NCBI GenBank assembly: GCA_946965045.2
Contig: OX337234.1
Span: forward strand, 2,046,001 to 2,110,000
From: Epithemia pelagica
Taxonomy: Eukaryota; Protista; Bacillariophyta
Direction: 5' to 3'
Length of the DNA stretch: 64,000 nucleotides
Positions 19,451-32,060 of this stretch are shown one piece after another. The position numbers and the translations under genes are program-made. Within the stretch, counting starts at the first letter, position 1, and each line of letters opens with the position of its first letter. The notes under the pieces are model-generated. The model did no database searches. It saw only the letters and a list, made by a program, of their open reading frames with translations, and was not told the origin of the DNA.

Positions 19451-22400
19451 ATGGATGATTCCAGTGAAGGAACGAGAGGTTTCCGTAAGACCTTTTCCAA
19501 CACACCGTCTTCGGAGAAAATCGTTGATCCGTTTCTCGTGGAGATTCAGAACCAGCCAGCACCCCTGGAAAGACTTGAAAGAATGGCGGAATCTATCATG
19601 AACCGCGTCCATGAGGATATGGACGTTAGAAATGAACGAGAAGACAATGGTGGAAGAATGAATCACAACGAAGTCGTGGTAATTGAAGATGATGACGAAG
19701 TCCCCGCCAAAGCGTCCTCTACTGCCCAGCAGTTTCGTTCGAGCATCAGCTCGCCAGTACAGGTGGAAGATGACGAGGATGATGATGATAGAGAAGTCAG
19801 TGAGATCCAAGCCTCTTTGACCGGCAAGTCTGATTCTGACTTGAGAAGAGGAAAGGATGGTGGTCAACCAAGACATTCGACCAATGTCGCAGACGATATC
19901 AACCATGGGAAATCGCAAACTAGGGCCATATCGTCCATCCCGCCACGGAAATTTGTTTCTGGAGAAGTGGCCTTCCGAAGGTTAATGCAGGAGGCTTGTT
20001 ATGAAATCAACCATGACGCGTATCATGGTGTAGCTCGCTTCACGAGTTCTGTCCGGAAAGACGACGATGGTACTGACAACCGACCACCACGCAGCCCCTG
20101 GGAGATCTCCTGTTGTCCCTTCGTTGTCACAGGTGAAGATGAAGCTGCTGAGAGTGATACCAACAACCACGAAAAACAATCCTCCCCAAACCCGCCGACA
20201 GGGGAACATTCCATGGCCGCTGATCAGGTGCTGCAGGCTTGTCACAATCAATGTCCAACCATGATTCAGTGGACGGAACGTGCGATGGAAAGCCGTCGGA
20301 AAGCGAAGAATCGAAAACGAAAACGACAAGAAATCAAAGTTCAGCCACCATCTCTGGGGCAACGTCCAGCGGACTTGACCATTCGGTGTCGATGCGATGC
20401 CAATCCGTTTTGCTTGGCTACATTGGGAGGTGCCATGAACGACGTCATTCTGCGAGATTTGAACAACCAGTCGAAATCTCAATCTCCCAACGACGATTCG
20501 ACTACTACGGAGGGGGACCAGGCACAAGAAGCCTCTGGAATGAATGGTGTCTCCAACCAGCCATCAAACAGTAGTGAAGAGGATGGAGGTGATGTAGAAA
20601 TTGTGGATCAGTTTAAATTTGCTCGACCTAATACATTGAAGCAGCTGAAGAGGATACGAAGCTCTACCTTTGTGGAAAGAGGCAGAATCCGATCGTATCT
20701 GCAAAGAACCTTGCAAGATTTAGGCTCGGATCGAATCTTGGATGAATACATGAACATCATTGAACGGTATCATGAAAAACTCATTTTTGAGAATCCTGTC
20801 GAAGAGAATGATGAATCAGAGGGAAAACCTGAGAATCAAATCGAGCTCACGGTACCTCCTGGTATTCAAAATCTTGGGGCAACCTGCTACCTCAACACTC
20901 AGTTGCAATGTTTGGCTCAAAATATCGTTTTTCTGGAGGGAATCATGTCCTGGGAACCCCCACATTCGCATCAACAACGAGATCAGATGACGTCGGTCCT
21001 TCAACTGTTTCAAAAATTGCTCGTCTCGATGCATGCTGGGCCCATGGCATCGATTGACACATTGGACTTTTCCAACGAGTTGGAACTCGATCATTTTGAA
21101 CAACAAGATCCGAACGAGTTTAGTCGTCTCTTTTTTGAAAGAATCCATGATTCGTTTCTGCAGCAGGGCAAGGCCCGATCCGAGTCCAAGAACTCTGCTA
21201 GTACTACCGGTCAAGACTTATCGGAACTCCTACCAACAATCTTCCAAGGTGTAAATCGCTACGAGACTCAATGCCTTCACTGCAACACTGTCAGTTTCCG
21301 GAATGAAGAGTTTATGGACATTAATCTGAACATTAGTAAACCCGAGGAGAAGAAAGCAAAAGGTCAGCAAAGCCTGTCAGATGCCTTTGCTGGAGCCGCC
21401 GACGTGGATGTCCAATCTTGCATGAATCGATATTGCCATGTCGAAACATTGACGGATGACAATCAATACCAATGCACTTTCTGCAATGAAAAACGAGACG
21501 CGACTCGTCATATCTGCTTTCAAAAGCTTCCTCCCGTCTTGAATGTTCAACTCTCAAGGTACATTTTTGATTTGGCCAGCCTTTCCAAAAAAAAGGTAAT
21601 GGATAAGGTTCTTCTTCAGAGAACTATCATGGTGGAAGAGAAACCACAACAAAAGGAGCCCACTGGAACGAAACAATATGTTTTATGTGCGGTCATGAAG
21701 CACCAAGGAAAATCTGCGTACAGTGGTCACTACATTGCCGAGGCCATGGATTGGATAACTGGTGAATGGTTTGAATTCAACGATGAGAAAGTGTCCCTTC
21801 TGAAAGGAGGACCCTCCAACTGCTTTGATCCCTCGAATGAGAAGCCCAAAAAGTTACCACCCGGGAGCCAGGATGCCTACAATTTGTACTACGTGGAAGA
21901 ACAATTCCTCGCCCAGAGTATCTACGAATTCATGTGTCGACAAAAGCGAAACCCACTCGAATTCCCGACTGTCTTGTCTAACATGGCCGTGGAGAGGTGC
22001 AATGTCTTTACCAACCTCGCTCAGTAAGTGGATCGGCATGTTGTTGGAGCTATGTGTTTCAGATTTTGCACTCACTGCATGTGTTTGTTTTCCTCGTCGC
22101 TTGTGGTTTTTACAGACTTTGTCTCGAGGACCAAATCGCTCATTCAAAGTTGGTAAAACGACGCAAAATGATAATGGAACACATGTTTCCTCCAGACTAC
22201 AGATTGATGAATCTCTCTTCGGGATTTGTTTGGGTAGATGGCGATTTTTTGCGACGATTCATGTCGTGTGAAACGATTTTGGAGGACGAAACAAATGACG
22301 ATAGCAAAGGGGATGATTCAGATTCTGTGTGTATCACAACGCCGTCATCAGCACGATACCTCTGTGTTCACAATCCTTGTGGTATGGAGCCCCAGCTTGT

Positions 22401-25021
22401 ACGAAAGGGGAAGCTCCTTCCAAAGCCCATGTTCGAATCTCTTTTGAAGATTGTGGAACAAGAGAAGGGCAACTTGTCTCCATATTTCATGGAGTCTCAA
22501 TATATCACAATCTGCAACTTGTGTGCCACCTCCTACAAGGAATCTCTCAGCGAAAAGCTTCATCACCTCAGAAAGGCTTACGACCTTTATGAGATGCTGG
22601 ATCCTAAAAGCGAAGGCGAAAACTGTCATCTTAATACTGGAACCGACCTCTCGGATGATAATAGAGAGCATGAAGCTGAAGTGTTTCTTGTTTCCTGCAA
22701 GTTTATAACAGCGTTCCGTGCGTGGGTTGCAAAAGAGATAAAAGCTGCGGGGAGTGACGAAGCGATTGAGACAATAGCTAATGTTTCGTTGGAGTCGACG
22801 TTTGAGGGATTGGATTGTGCAGATGTCGACGTAAATTACAGAATCACCTGTAAGTGTTGAATGCCCTTCTTTTGTGGTATGGTACTTGAACAGAATCCCG
22901 AGCTTAATGTACTTTTGCTCTGTAACAGGTGAACATGGCAACTGGTTAAATTCTGTTTCCAAACGGGCTGTTCGCGATGTTTCTTGGACCACATGGCAAA
23001 AAATCAAAACTTTCTTTCCAAAGTCAACTGAGCACAAAATACCGAGACGTCACATTGGGTCAATGGATGACATGCGCACGTATCTAGCCTGTCCAAAATG
23101 TGAGTCGAATGATCTAGTTACGGACACCTTGTCCGCAATCCTGCCCACGATGGCGAAACGGTTTTCAGATTCCAAACAGTTAAGCGGCGAGGATGTCTTA
23201 CAAAGGGATGGGCAGCGATTTCGGCTCGTTCACAAGGACAACCTACTTGCCCTTCAAAAGTTCTGTTCAGTCTACAGACGCTCTAACAAGAAAACACTAG
23301 CGGATACAATCAAAACGAAGCTGGAGGAAATATTCCTGTCCAAAGAATATGATTTCAGTTTGCTTCCTGAATCCGAGATACCAGCATACAAGATCTACGC
23401 TGACGTGCTTGGCAAGTTTCTTCCACCTCTAATGTGCAAGACTCATGGAAAACCAATAAAAGCGGCTCTTGTCTGTGAAGATACTGATAAACGCACATAC
23501 AGCTCGTTGGAGGGGGACATTGCTGTGCTTGACGAGGCTGGATATCAGGAGTTTATGGGCCAACTTTCTGCCACAGCGATCTTGCTTGCAAAGCTTCGCA
23601 GGGACGATCTGCGCCTGGATGATCTGGAGCTGGACATAGAAGAGATAATGAAGGATGCAAATGCCGTTTGCACATCAACCAGTGTGTATCGGTGCCATCC
23701 AACAGTAAACCCATATCGGGGTACTTCGGGGCAGTTCACAGTTTCAATGGATTCTGCAAATATGTCTGTACTTCTGAGTGTCACTGATGGCGTCTGTATG
23801 AATCCGACATGTAACTTAAAGTTCACAGAGTTGAGGGGGGTCAAATCACAAGAGGAGGCAAACACTGGCCCTCTAGATCCTTCCAACTCTAAGCCATCGG
23901 GCATGAATGAGCCAATTGCAATAGAGATCGACGACGACGACGACACACCACAGATTCTCTCCCTAAACATACCAGTTATTGAAGTGGATGCTGGAGCAGA
24001 AAAAGACAGTATTTTTGAATCTCTTTCCCAATTCTGTGGGATGCCATCATCAGACGTTTCTGACTCATTGGTTCGTCGTTCAGGACGGCGTAGGAAGATG
24101 CGGGTTCCTTTTGGGATTGTCCAAAGTGAAGAGTCTTTACGATTTGATATATTTCAGAATTTGGCGTCTCTTCGATTGTTTCTACTAGAGCGCTGCCAGC
24201 AGGGAGCACCTTTTGCTCTCTCCCACGAGATACAGCTGGTTTTCTGGTTGAAACCCTCCCAGTGCGAAGTTGTTCAAACTATTGAAGATACAACCCCGGA
24301 AATCCACCCACAAATGATTGATCTTCCCTTTTCGAACAATGAGAAAAGTATTCTCGAGATATGCGAAGAATCCCTCTCAAGAAAATTGACCCGCGGGGAC
24401 ATAGAGAATTCAATCCATCTGATTCGATCCTCCTCTTTTGACCCAAGTGCGAAAGACATCCCGGAAGAAAATATCATGGACCATCTTCTTAACTTGTCAA
24501 GCACCGCCACTGATACCAAAGATGGAAAGCGAAAGAAACCCGCGCCGGAGAAAGGCTTCACTGGGACATTTTTGAGCTCGTCAAAACGCAAAGCCGATTC
24601 TGACGTGTCACCAATAATAGGCAATGATACAACCGTTATGAAAAAGTCCGCTTTGAAAGATGACAAAGTCTGTGAAGGTGGGAACACACAGAAAAAGGCA
24701 AGATTTGCAGCCGACCACGAAATTATTGACCAGCCGTCGATGATCGATGGCAGGGATCCCAGCGATCCTATCGTGGTCGCGGATCATCCAGAGAGGGAAT
24801 GTGACCGTTTTGCTGGTTTAGCCGCAGCGGTGGACTTGCCTTCCAAACCTTTGGTTTTTGAGGTAGCTAGATCGTTGCTTAAGTTCCCAAAAGTCCACTC
24901 GGAGGACTTTTGTGTGGATGCGGCCTCATGGTCACTCAAGATGAATCCATCGGTAACGGACGTGAGCTTTTTGTTGGACCAAGCATATGCCAAATATTTG
25001 GATCTGACTCTTGATTTATGA
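19451..25021 (+). CDS. Ubiquitin-specific protease, C19 family (USP48/UBP26-like); introns near 22024-22114 and 22849-22929
   Basis: Cys box GIQNLGATCYLNTQLQCL, QQDPNEF, zinc-finger CLHC...CTFC and His box HQGKSAYSGHYIA...WFEFNDE. N-terminal CDANPFCL and downstream DUSP-like segments. Confidence 0.9.
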
Positions 25022-25618
25022 ATAGCGAGGGCCTCGAGAATGAGAAGAGAGCTAAATGATGAGGCAATTAAGTCAGGGTCGTTGATAACTGACAGCAAGC
25101 TTTTTCCTGTAGGAGCACAAGTTGGCATGTTCAATGGTCCTTTCTGCGACGATGCGTTGTTTCTTCTCTAGCATGGCGCAACGGCCAGATAGATAAACTG
25201 GAGTAAGTGTGAATCTACTTTCTTTCTGACCTGAATATTATGATATAGGAGTACTCCAATTCCTAGAAACAAAGAATCGACATGATGAGTAGGAGTAGGA
25301 GTAAAAGGATATAGACGGGAGCCAAAGGTCTTAACTAGGTACCTTAGCAATGATAGATTTTCTTTGGTTCCGAAGGTGCAAAGTGAGCGACCCAAAGTTC
25401 TTTTTTCGTTGGCTGCATTTTTCATACGCGTGTCAGAACAATTCAATGTCGTCGCGTCGCTTTACAATCAGAAGCTGTCCATCATTGCGAACCAAGCCAC
25501 TACGAGTACATTAGGTCGTCGTCGATCCAACATCCCAAGAAAGGGACAATCAGTCAATAGCGAAATTGGGGTTCCATAAAGTGAAAGGTTCGATTTTGCA
25601 GGGTAAAGAGAAAGCGCG

Positions 25619-26773
25619 ATGGGAAACGCTCAGCCGGGTAATGGGGCGAATCCAGGCGACGGACAAGCAAATCGTCAAATACCAGGAGGCGGACAAACTC
25701 AATACCCTGGTGGATACATTCCTTCTGCGCAAAACAACAATAATGTTCCACCCACTGGTATGCCTCCGGGATCCTATCCAATGAATGCTTCTCCTCTGGG
25801 CCCACCAGCGAGCTTTACTGGGGGAGATACGGGTGCCCCTGATTATCGGCATTACCCGGCACAACAGCAGCAACAACAGCAATCAGCATCCGCACAGCAG
25901 CAAATGTTTCGTGGAGGAACAGCACAGATGCAGCAACAGCAACATGCACAATTAAAGAAATCTTCCTCAGACACTTCAATGACTTTTATGGATGGGGATC
26001 CTTCCATGCAACAGCAACCACAACTGTCTCATTCGCAAAGTGCACCAAATACGGAAATGTTGGACAGCATCATGGAAGATGAAACAGTTCCAACCGTATT
26101 TCGATGGGAGCATGGAGGACGACAAGTGTACATTACGGGGACGTTCAATGGCTGGAGCCGACAAATTCCCATGCATCGATCAGGAAATGACTTTACCTAC
26201 ATTCACAATTTGAAAAGGGGGAAACACGCATTCAAATTTATTGTGGACGATGAATGGAGGTTTGCTCCCGATCAACCGACAGTCGCCGATATTGAAGGTC
26301 GGATCAACAATTTCATCGACGTGACTGATTTTAAACCCTATCGAGGGGATCGCGATTTTGAAAAAGAAAAGGCAGCCGGTGATTACGGGGCTACGACGAC
26401 GGAAGAGGGAGGGGATGGCAAAGGAGGAACGGCCGCCACGGGAGGTGGAGAAAGTGATATCGATGTCATGGCAGCCAAGGGAGGTGAAAAGGGAAAGCCG
26501 GATCGAGATGGCGAAGTCTACTCGCACAACATGCCAGACGTTGATGATTATACCAAAGAGCCGCCTCCACTGCCACCTCATTTGCGTCACATTATTTTGA
26601 ACAAACCTCCTCAGCTACAAGACACGGCCGCGTTGCCAGTTCCCCAACATGTTGCACTGAATCACTTGTATTGCACTGCCATTAAGGACAATATGATGGT
26701 TCTCGGAATCACACAACGCTTCAAAACAAAATTTGTAACCACTGTGTATTACTCACCGTGCTCCAGCAAGTAA
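25619..26773 (+). CDS. AMPK/SNF1/SnRK1 beta subunit
   Basis: MGN myristoylation-type start. CBM48 VPTVFRWEHGGRQVYITGTFNGW...FKFIVDDEW. C-terminal EPPPLPPHL...PQHVALNHLY...KFVTTVYY. Confidence 0.95.
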   Translation: MGNAQPGNGANPGDGQANRQIPGGGQTQYPGGYIPSAQNNNNVPPTGMPPGSYPMNASPLGPPASFTGGDTGAPDYRHYPAQQQQQQQSASAQQQMFRGGTAQMQQQQHAQLKKSSSDTSMTFMDGDPSMQQQPQLSHSQSAPNTEMLDSIMEDETVPTVFRWEHGGRQVYITGTFNGWSRQIPMHRSGNDFTYIHNLKRGKHAFKFIVDDEWRFAPDQPTVADIEGRINNFIDVTDFKPYRGDRDFEKEKAAGDYGATTTEEGGDGKGGTAATGGGESDIDVMAAKGGEKGKPDRDGEVYSHNMPDVDDYTKEPPPLPPHLRHIILNKPPQLQDTAALPVPQHVALNHLYCTAIKDNMMVLGITQRFKTKFVTTVYYSPCSSK

Positions 26774-27456
26774 ACTACTCCTAGAAGTAACAAAGATTAC
26801 AAACAATCGTGGTGAACTGAAACTAGGAATACCCTACATGAATAGTCTATCTATTGCTCAAAGGTTACGGACGTACCGTCTGTCCGTCCGTACTGCGGTG
26901 ACATTATTTCTTTTTTTTCCAAAAATTTGGACCCAATGCCAAATACGTACGGGACTCATTGTTTGCTCGTATTCTACTACATTTTGGCACACTCTGAACC
27001 CCGATCAATTCGTGATTAAATGGTCATTTTTGTCTGTTCAAATGCCCGCACGATTTTGACACAACCACACACACAAGCATCTCGCTTGAAATTTCCTGGT
27101 TTTGTGACATGGTGTTCAACCAAATTCAGACACTCTCCCCTCCCCGTCTTCTCTCTGTGGTGTTGTTGTTCTTGTGTTTGGTTGTGGTGGTGTCTCTTTG
27201 TGCACTTCTACATCGAATCATTTGTTCTAGTGCTGCGGATTAGAGTTGAGCACTGGAAGCCAGTGCATCTTGACAGTGGGCCGAGAACTGGGCGGACAGT
27301 TTCCCATACCTTTTTTCCAATATTGGTGCGGCAGGAAGACTTTGTGTGATCTCGCATCGTTTGCTTGTCTGTCTTCTACCTCTTGCTGTTGGAGATAACC
27401 ATACTCTAGAAGAGATTGCAACCTTTGAGGTATCGTAAAGTCACTGCAGTTGAAAC

Positions 27457-29860
27457 ATGCCAGCTCAGGACGGAGGGTTGGGCTCCGCCTTTGTGGGAGA
27501 GAAAGTTATAATCAACACCAAGCATGTTCTGGTGACCAAATTACTGGGAGAAGGTGAGAACTTCTTTTTGACAACATTGAAGGATAGGTGATGAATGATA
27601 GGCTATTGTTGATGTGGTATCTGGGTTTTCGATTGCACTTGTTGCGGTTAACAAATCCTTTCCTGAAGAGCTCTTCTCATGGTGTCGTTTTCCTTCTTTT
27701 GTTGTGATAAGGTGGCTTCTCGTATGTGTATTTGGTGAAGGAACTTGCTGATACAGCACAAGGTGGAACTCTGAATACAACTTCTCATGGTACTGCAAGT
27801 GCGAAATCGTCGCGATCGGGATCGACTGGAAGTGGTGCAACAGGTGCAGCTGCTTCGGGAAAAGAGAAGCGATCGGGAAGCATGGGAAAAGATGCCGACA
27901 AACGGGAAATGGTGCTGAAAGTGACTTCTATATTATCACGTCAACAGCGAGACATTGCCGAAAAGGAAGCCAAACTGCTCAGTCGGGTAAGTAAGAAAGA
28001 CGTTGCACTCGAGTAAATGATACTCGTACCTTCTTTCGTTGTCTTTCCAGAAAAGGTTTTAGTTTACATCTAACCTATTGTTGTTATTCAATGTGTCGGC
28101 ATTCTCTTTCAAATGGATTTACTTATCATCGAAAAATACGTTGGATCTTCTTTGGTACTCCTCAGCTATCTCATCCAAGTATCATCAAAATGTATGATAC
28201 CTGCTATCGGACAACAACGCAAAAACCCAAAAGAAATGACGATTCTGGAAAAACAAAAGACAGACCTCAGCATTTGATTCTGATGGAATTTTGCGAAGGA
28301 GGACATGCATTGGATGTTTGTGCCAACTTGGCGGCCAAGGGCGAACGTTTTGATTTATCCAGTCTTATTATTGCATTCGGTCAAATTTGCAATGCCGTTT
28401 CATACCTGCACGCTCAGCGACCTCCCATTGTACATAGAGATTTGAAACCAGCAAACTTTTTGATCAAGAATGGGGCCTATAAGTTGTGCGATTTCGGATC
28501 CGCCGTGTTTGGTCATGTGGATCTGAAAACAAGTGAAGCGAGAAACGAGGTAGAGGAAGTAATTCAAAAGACTACCACACAAATGTTCCGGGCCCCCGAA
28601 ATGGTGGACTTGTTCATGGCTAAGAAGCTGACACAGGCGACCGACGTATGGGCACTGGGTTGCTGTCTCTATTCATTAGCCTTCTTGCAGAATTGTTTTG
28701 AAGAGGGGTCCAACCTTGCAATTTTGTCACGTAAATACAAAATTCCAGACGACAATCCGTATGGTGATGGATTGGTGGAATTGTTGGACCGAATGCTGAC
28801 AGTCGACAGCAAGGCGAGAGCTGATATGACAGAAGTCATTTTATGTCTTTCGGCGGTGTACTCAGGTAGACAACTGCCTCCAAGGAAGGACAGAAGTAAG
28901 AAGAAGGACGAGAAAGATGATGATGCCTCAATGACCCTCGATAAGAAAAAGGGTGGTGGAAGCAAATACAAGAAGAAACCAGAGGAGAGAGTTGGTACTT
29001 TCCGAACGGATGGACAAGGTATATATGACAATGGTCTTGGTCCCATTGATCCAAAGAAACCAGCCCAGGCAAAGATGCTGAATCCGAACTCTGCCGCGGC
29101 GAGGCGGAAGAAATCGGCGGCTGCTGTGGGCACAGAGTTTGCGGAATTCCCAAACAAATTTGGTTCAAGTTCCGCACAACCAGAGGCAAATCCAGATGCT
29201 GCCTTTTCCACCACTACAGAAGCATTTGACGCCTTTGAGAAAAGCGAGGGGAGTGGCCACGGCGCGTTTGCTTCATTTGAGATGAGCGACGAAGATGGAG
29301 CCGGTGATGCAGACGTCAAGGGAGCGTTCACCGACAATATGTGGGGCGCAGCGCCGGGTCCCAGTGGTGGTGATATCCAATTCAATGCATCCTTTGCTAG
29401 CTTTGGTGAGGCAGCTGCAATGGCTTCCCCCGCTGTAGAAGCCCAAGACGACGGTGCTGCTGCCAACAGTTCTGAGGGCGTTCAAGCCAAACGCCGATCC
29501 GGAGGCGGCCTACCCACCCGGCTGCGTCGAAATGTTTCGAGAGAGCGAAAAAAGAAACAAGACGAAAGTAGCGTAGATGAGGCCATGATGGATGAATTGG
29601 CTGTGGACGATGGCCAAGATGACCAATCTCCAATGGACGACAACAACAATAGCGAACGAAAACAAGGCCGACGCACTGTACCACCTCGCGGTGCGCGTGT
29701 CCGAAGAGCTGTGCCTGCGGACGCGAGAAGCTCAGGAAGAAGGGGCAAGAATCGTGACGAACAACCAAGAAGCAAATCACGTGATAGAAAGAACGCCGCT
29801 GATGGAGGCGACAACAATCACGATGGCGCGGAAAATGACGATGGTGGCACCAACGATTGA
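27457..29860 (+). CDS. Ser/Thr kinase, NAK (AAK1/GAK-like) family, 3 exons
   Basis: LLGEG|GFSYVYLV across intron 1, then VLK, LILMEFCEGG, PPIVHRDLKPAN, KLCDFGSA, TTQMFRAPEMVDL and DVWALGC. Confidence 0.92.
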
Positions 29861-30168
29861 ACCACGAATTGCCTTTGCTTCGCCTGATCATGTTGTTGCA
29901 TCGTGTGTGTCGTCGCCATGCTCCAAGGTCAACAACTACAGCAAGAGAGAATGTAATCTTGTTGGAATTGTGATCGTTGTTACTACTACTATTGTCTTTT
30001 GAATTATTAGAGTTCCTTGTTTTCATGCAACGTATGTCACACAAGAGAGATAGCGCGAACCCAACACCGAACTTTCGCATGGATTGTATCATCACATGAG
30101 CAACTACTTTGTTCTTTACATCTTGTACTGCTAGAGTAAGTTGTGGCTCTTTGAATTCGCGTCATTTA

Positions 30169-31581
30169 CTACTTTTTGTATTCTCCTCTCCATCCTGGTG
30201 ATATCCAGTCAATGACACCCCCTTCTCCGACCAACAAGTCAATCCAATCGGTGGTGGATGTTCCCGTACCAGCCTCGGCATCGTTGAGTGGTGTGGTGGC
30301 CGGACAGGTATTGTCAATGCGGGTAAACTGTGCAAAATCCAATCCTCCCCGTGCGGCCGCTTCCTTCACGGCCGGGACTGCCGCGGCGGGAAGGATGGGT
30401 TCCCGTGCCATGACAAAGGCTCCTTCGTAGTTGCCCTGCAAGGTATGACCCTTGTAGGCTACCAACTTGAAGGGTGGAATGTTGTTGCTTCCATCGGATT
30501 CGCCCAAAATGTACCAATTTTCATAAAATTGCAACCCGTACATTTTTCCTAGGGTATGCATGGTACGACCGGCATTGGACAAGCCTGTCGTTTCGTCCAC
30601 AGTGGCAGCATTGGCCGCCGGAGGCACCAGTTTGGAAGAACTGGCATCCACCACCATGTGTTCGGTCAAGAAATTATCCCAAAAGCCGCCTCCCGATTCC
30701 TCTGGTCGTCGAACCCGCAATTTAATGTCCATATCGATTTCGTTCTTATCGCCAATGGAAGATGGAGAGAAGGTATTGGTTTGACAATCAAACAAGTCAT
30801 AGTTTGGATTCAAACCATCGGTTTTGTACCAGGTTCCCAACAAGGTGGAAGGATCAAAATTCTTGACGACGTAGGCATACCCGACTTCTTCGGCACTATT
30901 GTCAATGTTTTTGGGAACTTTGACGCATTCATTTTCTTCAATGGTACAGGAAAGCCAATCGTTGAGAGCTTCACTTCCAAATTCTGCAAAACATCGAGTG
31001 GCACAGGATTGTTCTCCCTTGCATCGGCCCAAACAACTGACGCCCTTGATGCCTCGTGGATTACTAAACAAGGCCTTGGTTTGGTCACCACATTTGTTGA
31101 TAAAACATCCCACATCGGATTGTTCCATTTGATTTTCCTTGGCGTATTCGGCAAAGCCATCGTATTGTTTGGTCGTGGCCACGGCCGTACGTTCGGGTGT
31201 CGTCATGGCGGCGTAGGCGGGCCCTCCACTCCAGACGGTCGTCATCGAGGCAGTCGCAATAGTCAAGGCCAAACCCACCGAAGTGACAGACTGAACAAGT
31301 TTCGTCCATGGAGTGTTTTCGTTGCGAGTAGTGGAGGGTACCTCGTCGTCGTGTCCCTGTTTCTGCCAGGGTGTGGCAAATTGAGGCCCATTCTGTGGAC
31401 GAGTCGTCCTTGGAATTGGATGGGGAGCAAAGGCTTGGACCCGAGTTGTCGTCGTCGTGGCTATTCCATCTTGGTGCATCATCCATAACAAGGCCGTGCT
31501 GGTGCACACCACCAACAAGTTTCGAGTCGTTGTTGGCCTCCTCATGGTCGTTGTTGTGTTCTTTGGTCGTTGATGTGCCAA
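30169..31581 (-). CDS. VDL: Violaxanthin de-epoxidase-like protein
   Basis: Bipartite targeting with VQAFAP plus a lumenal hydrophobic segment ending AYA. Cys-rich domain C-x4-C...CLGRC...CATRC...C...C. Lipocalin GTWYKTDGLNPNYDLFDCQ and YENWYIL. The VDL1 versus VDL2 paralogue was not resolved. Confidence 0.88.
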   Translation of the reverse strand: MAHQRPKNTTTTMRRPTTTRNLLVVCTSTALLWMMHQDGIATTTTTRVQAFAPHPIPRTTRPQNGPQFATPWQKQGHDDEVPSTTRNENTPWTKLVQSVTSVGLALTIATASMTTVWSGGPAYAAMTTPERTAVATTKQYDGFAEYAKENQMEQSDVGCFINKCGDQTKALFSNPRGIKGVSCLGRCKGEQSCATRCFAEFGSEALNDWLSCTIEENECVKVPKNIDNSAEEVGYAYVVKNFDPSTLLGTWYKTDGLNPNYDLFDCQTNTFSPSSIGDKNEIDMDIKLRVRRPEESGGGFWDNFLTEHMVVDASSSKLVPPAANAATVDETTGLSNAGRTMHTLGKMYGLQFYENWYILGESDGSNNIPPFKLVAYKGHTLQGNYEGAFVMAREPILPAAAVPAVKEAAARGGLDFAQFTRIDNTCPATTPLNDAEAGTGTSTTDWIDLLVGEGGVIDWISPGWRGEYKK

Positions 31582-32060
31582 TGGGTTTTGTTCTTTCTTT
31601 TGTTCTCGTTATTGTTGTCCTCAAGACTCAAGACGCCAAAGATATATCGTGTGTCTCGTTTCAGTCGCCGCGTGGAAAGTACGTCAGATGTCTTCGGTCG
31701 CACAACTGTGGAATCGGGCCCGCCCCGTAGATTCGTTACCCGCAGCTCGCCTCTCAAGTGGGGGAAGCAGCGCAGATCCACCCCACCGACTAAAGTGGTC
31801 ATTCTCTCGCAGATCGCGCCCAACCGTAGCAAAATCTTTTTTCCTAGGTTTTATGTTCCCGCTGGATTTTTGAAGCGCTAGGAAAACCGCTGGGTTTTTC
31901 CAAATAAAAGCGCTAAACATGTTTTTTTTTTATGCTCCATATGTTTTTTGCTCCAAATGTTGAGTAACAAATGTCGCTCTTCCCATTCATTCTCTTCCTT
32001 CTTGTCTTTATGTGACACAGAGCTCGTCTGGTTTGCAGAACGAGTTTCGTTTTTCTGCCA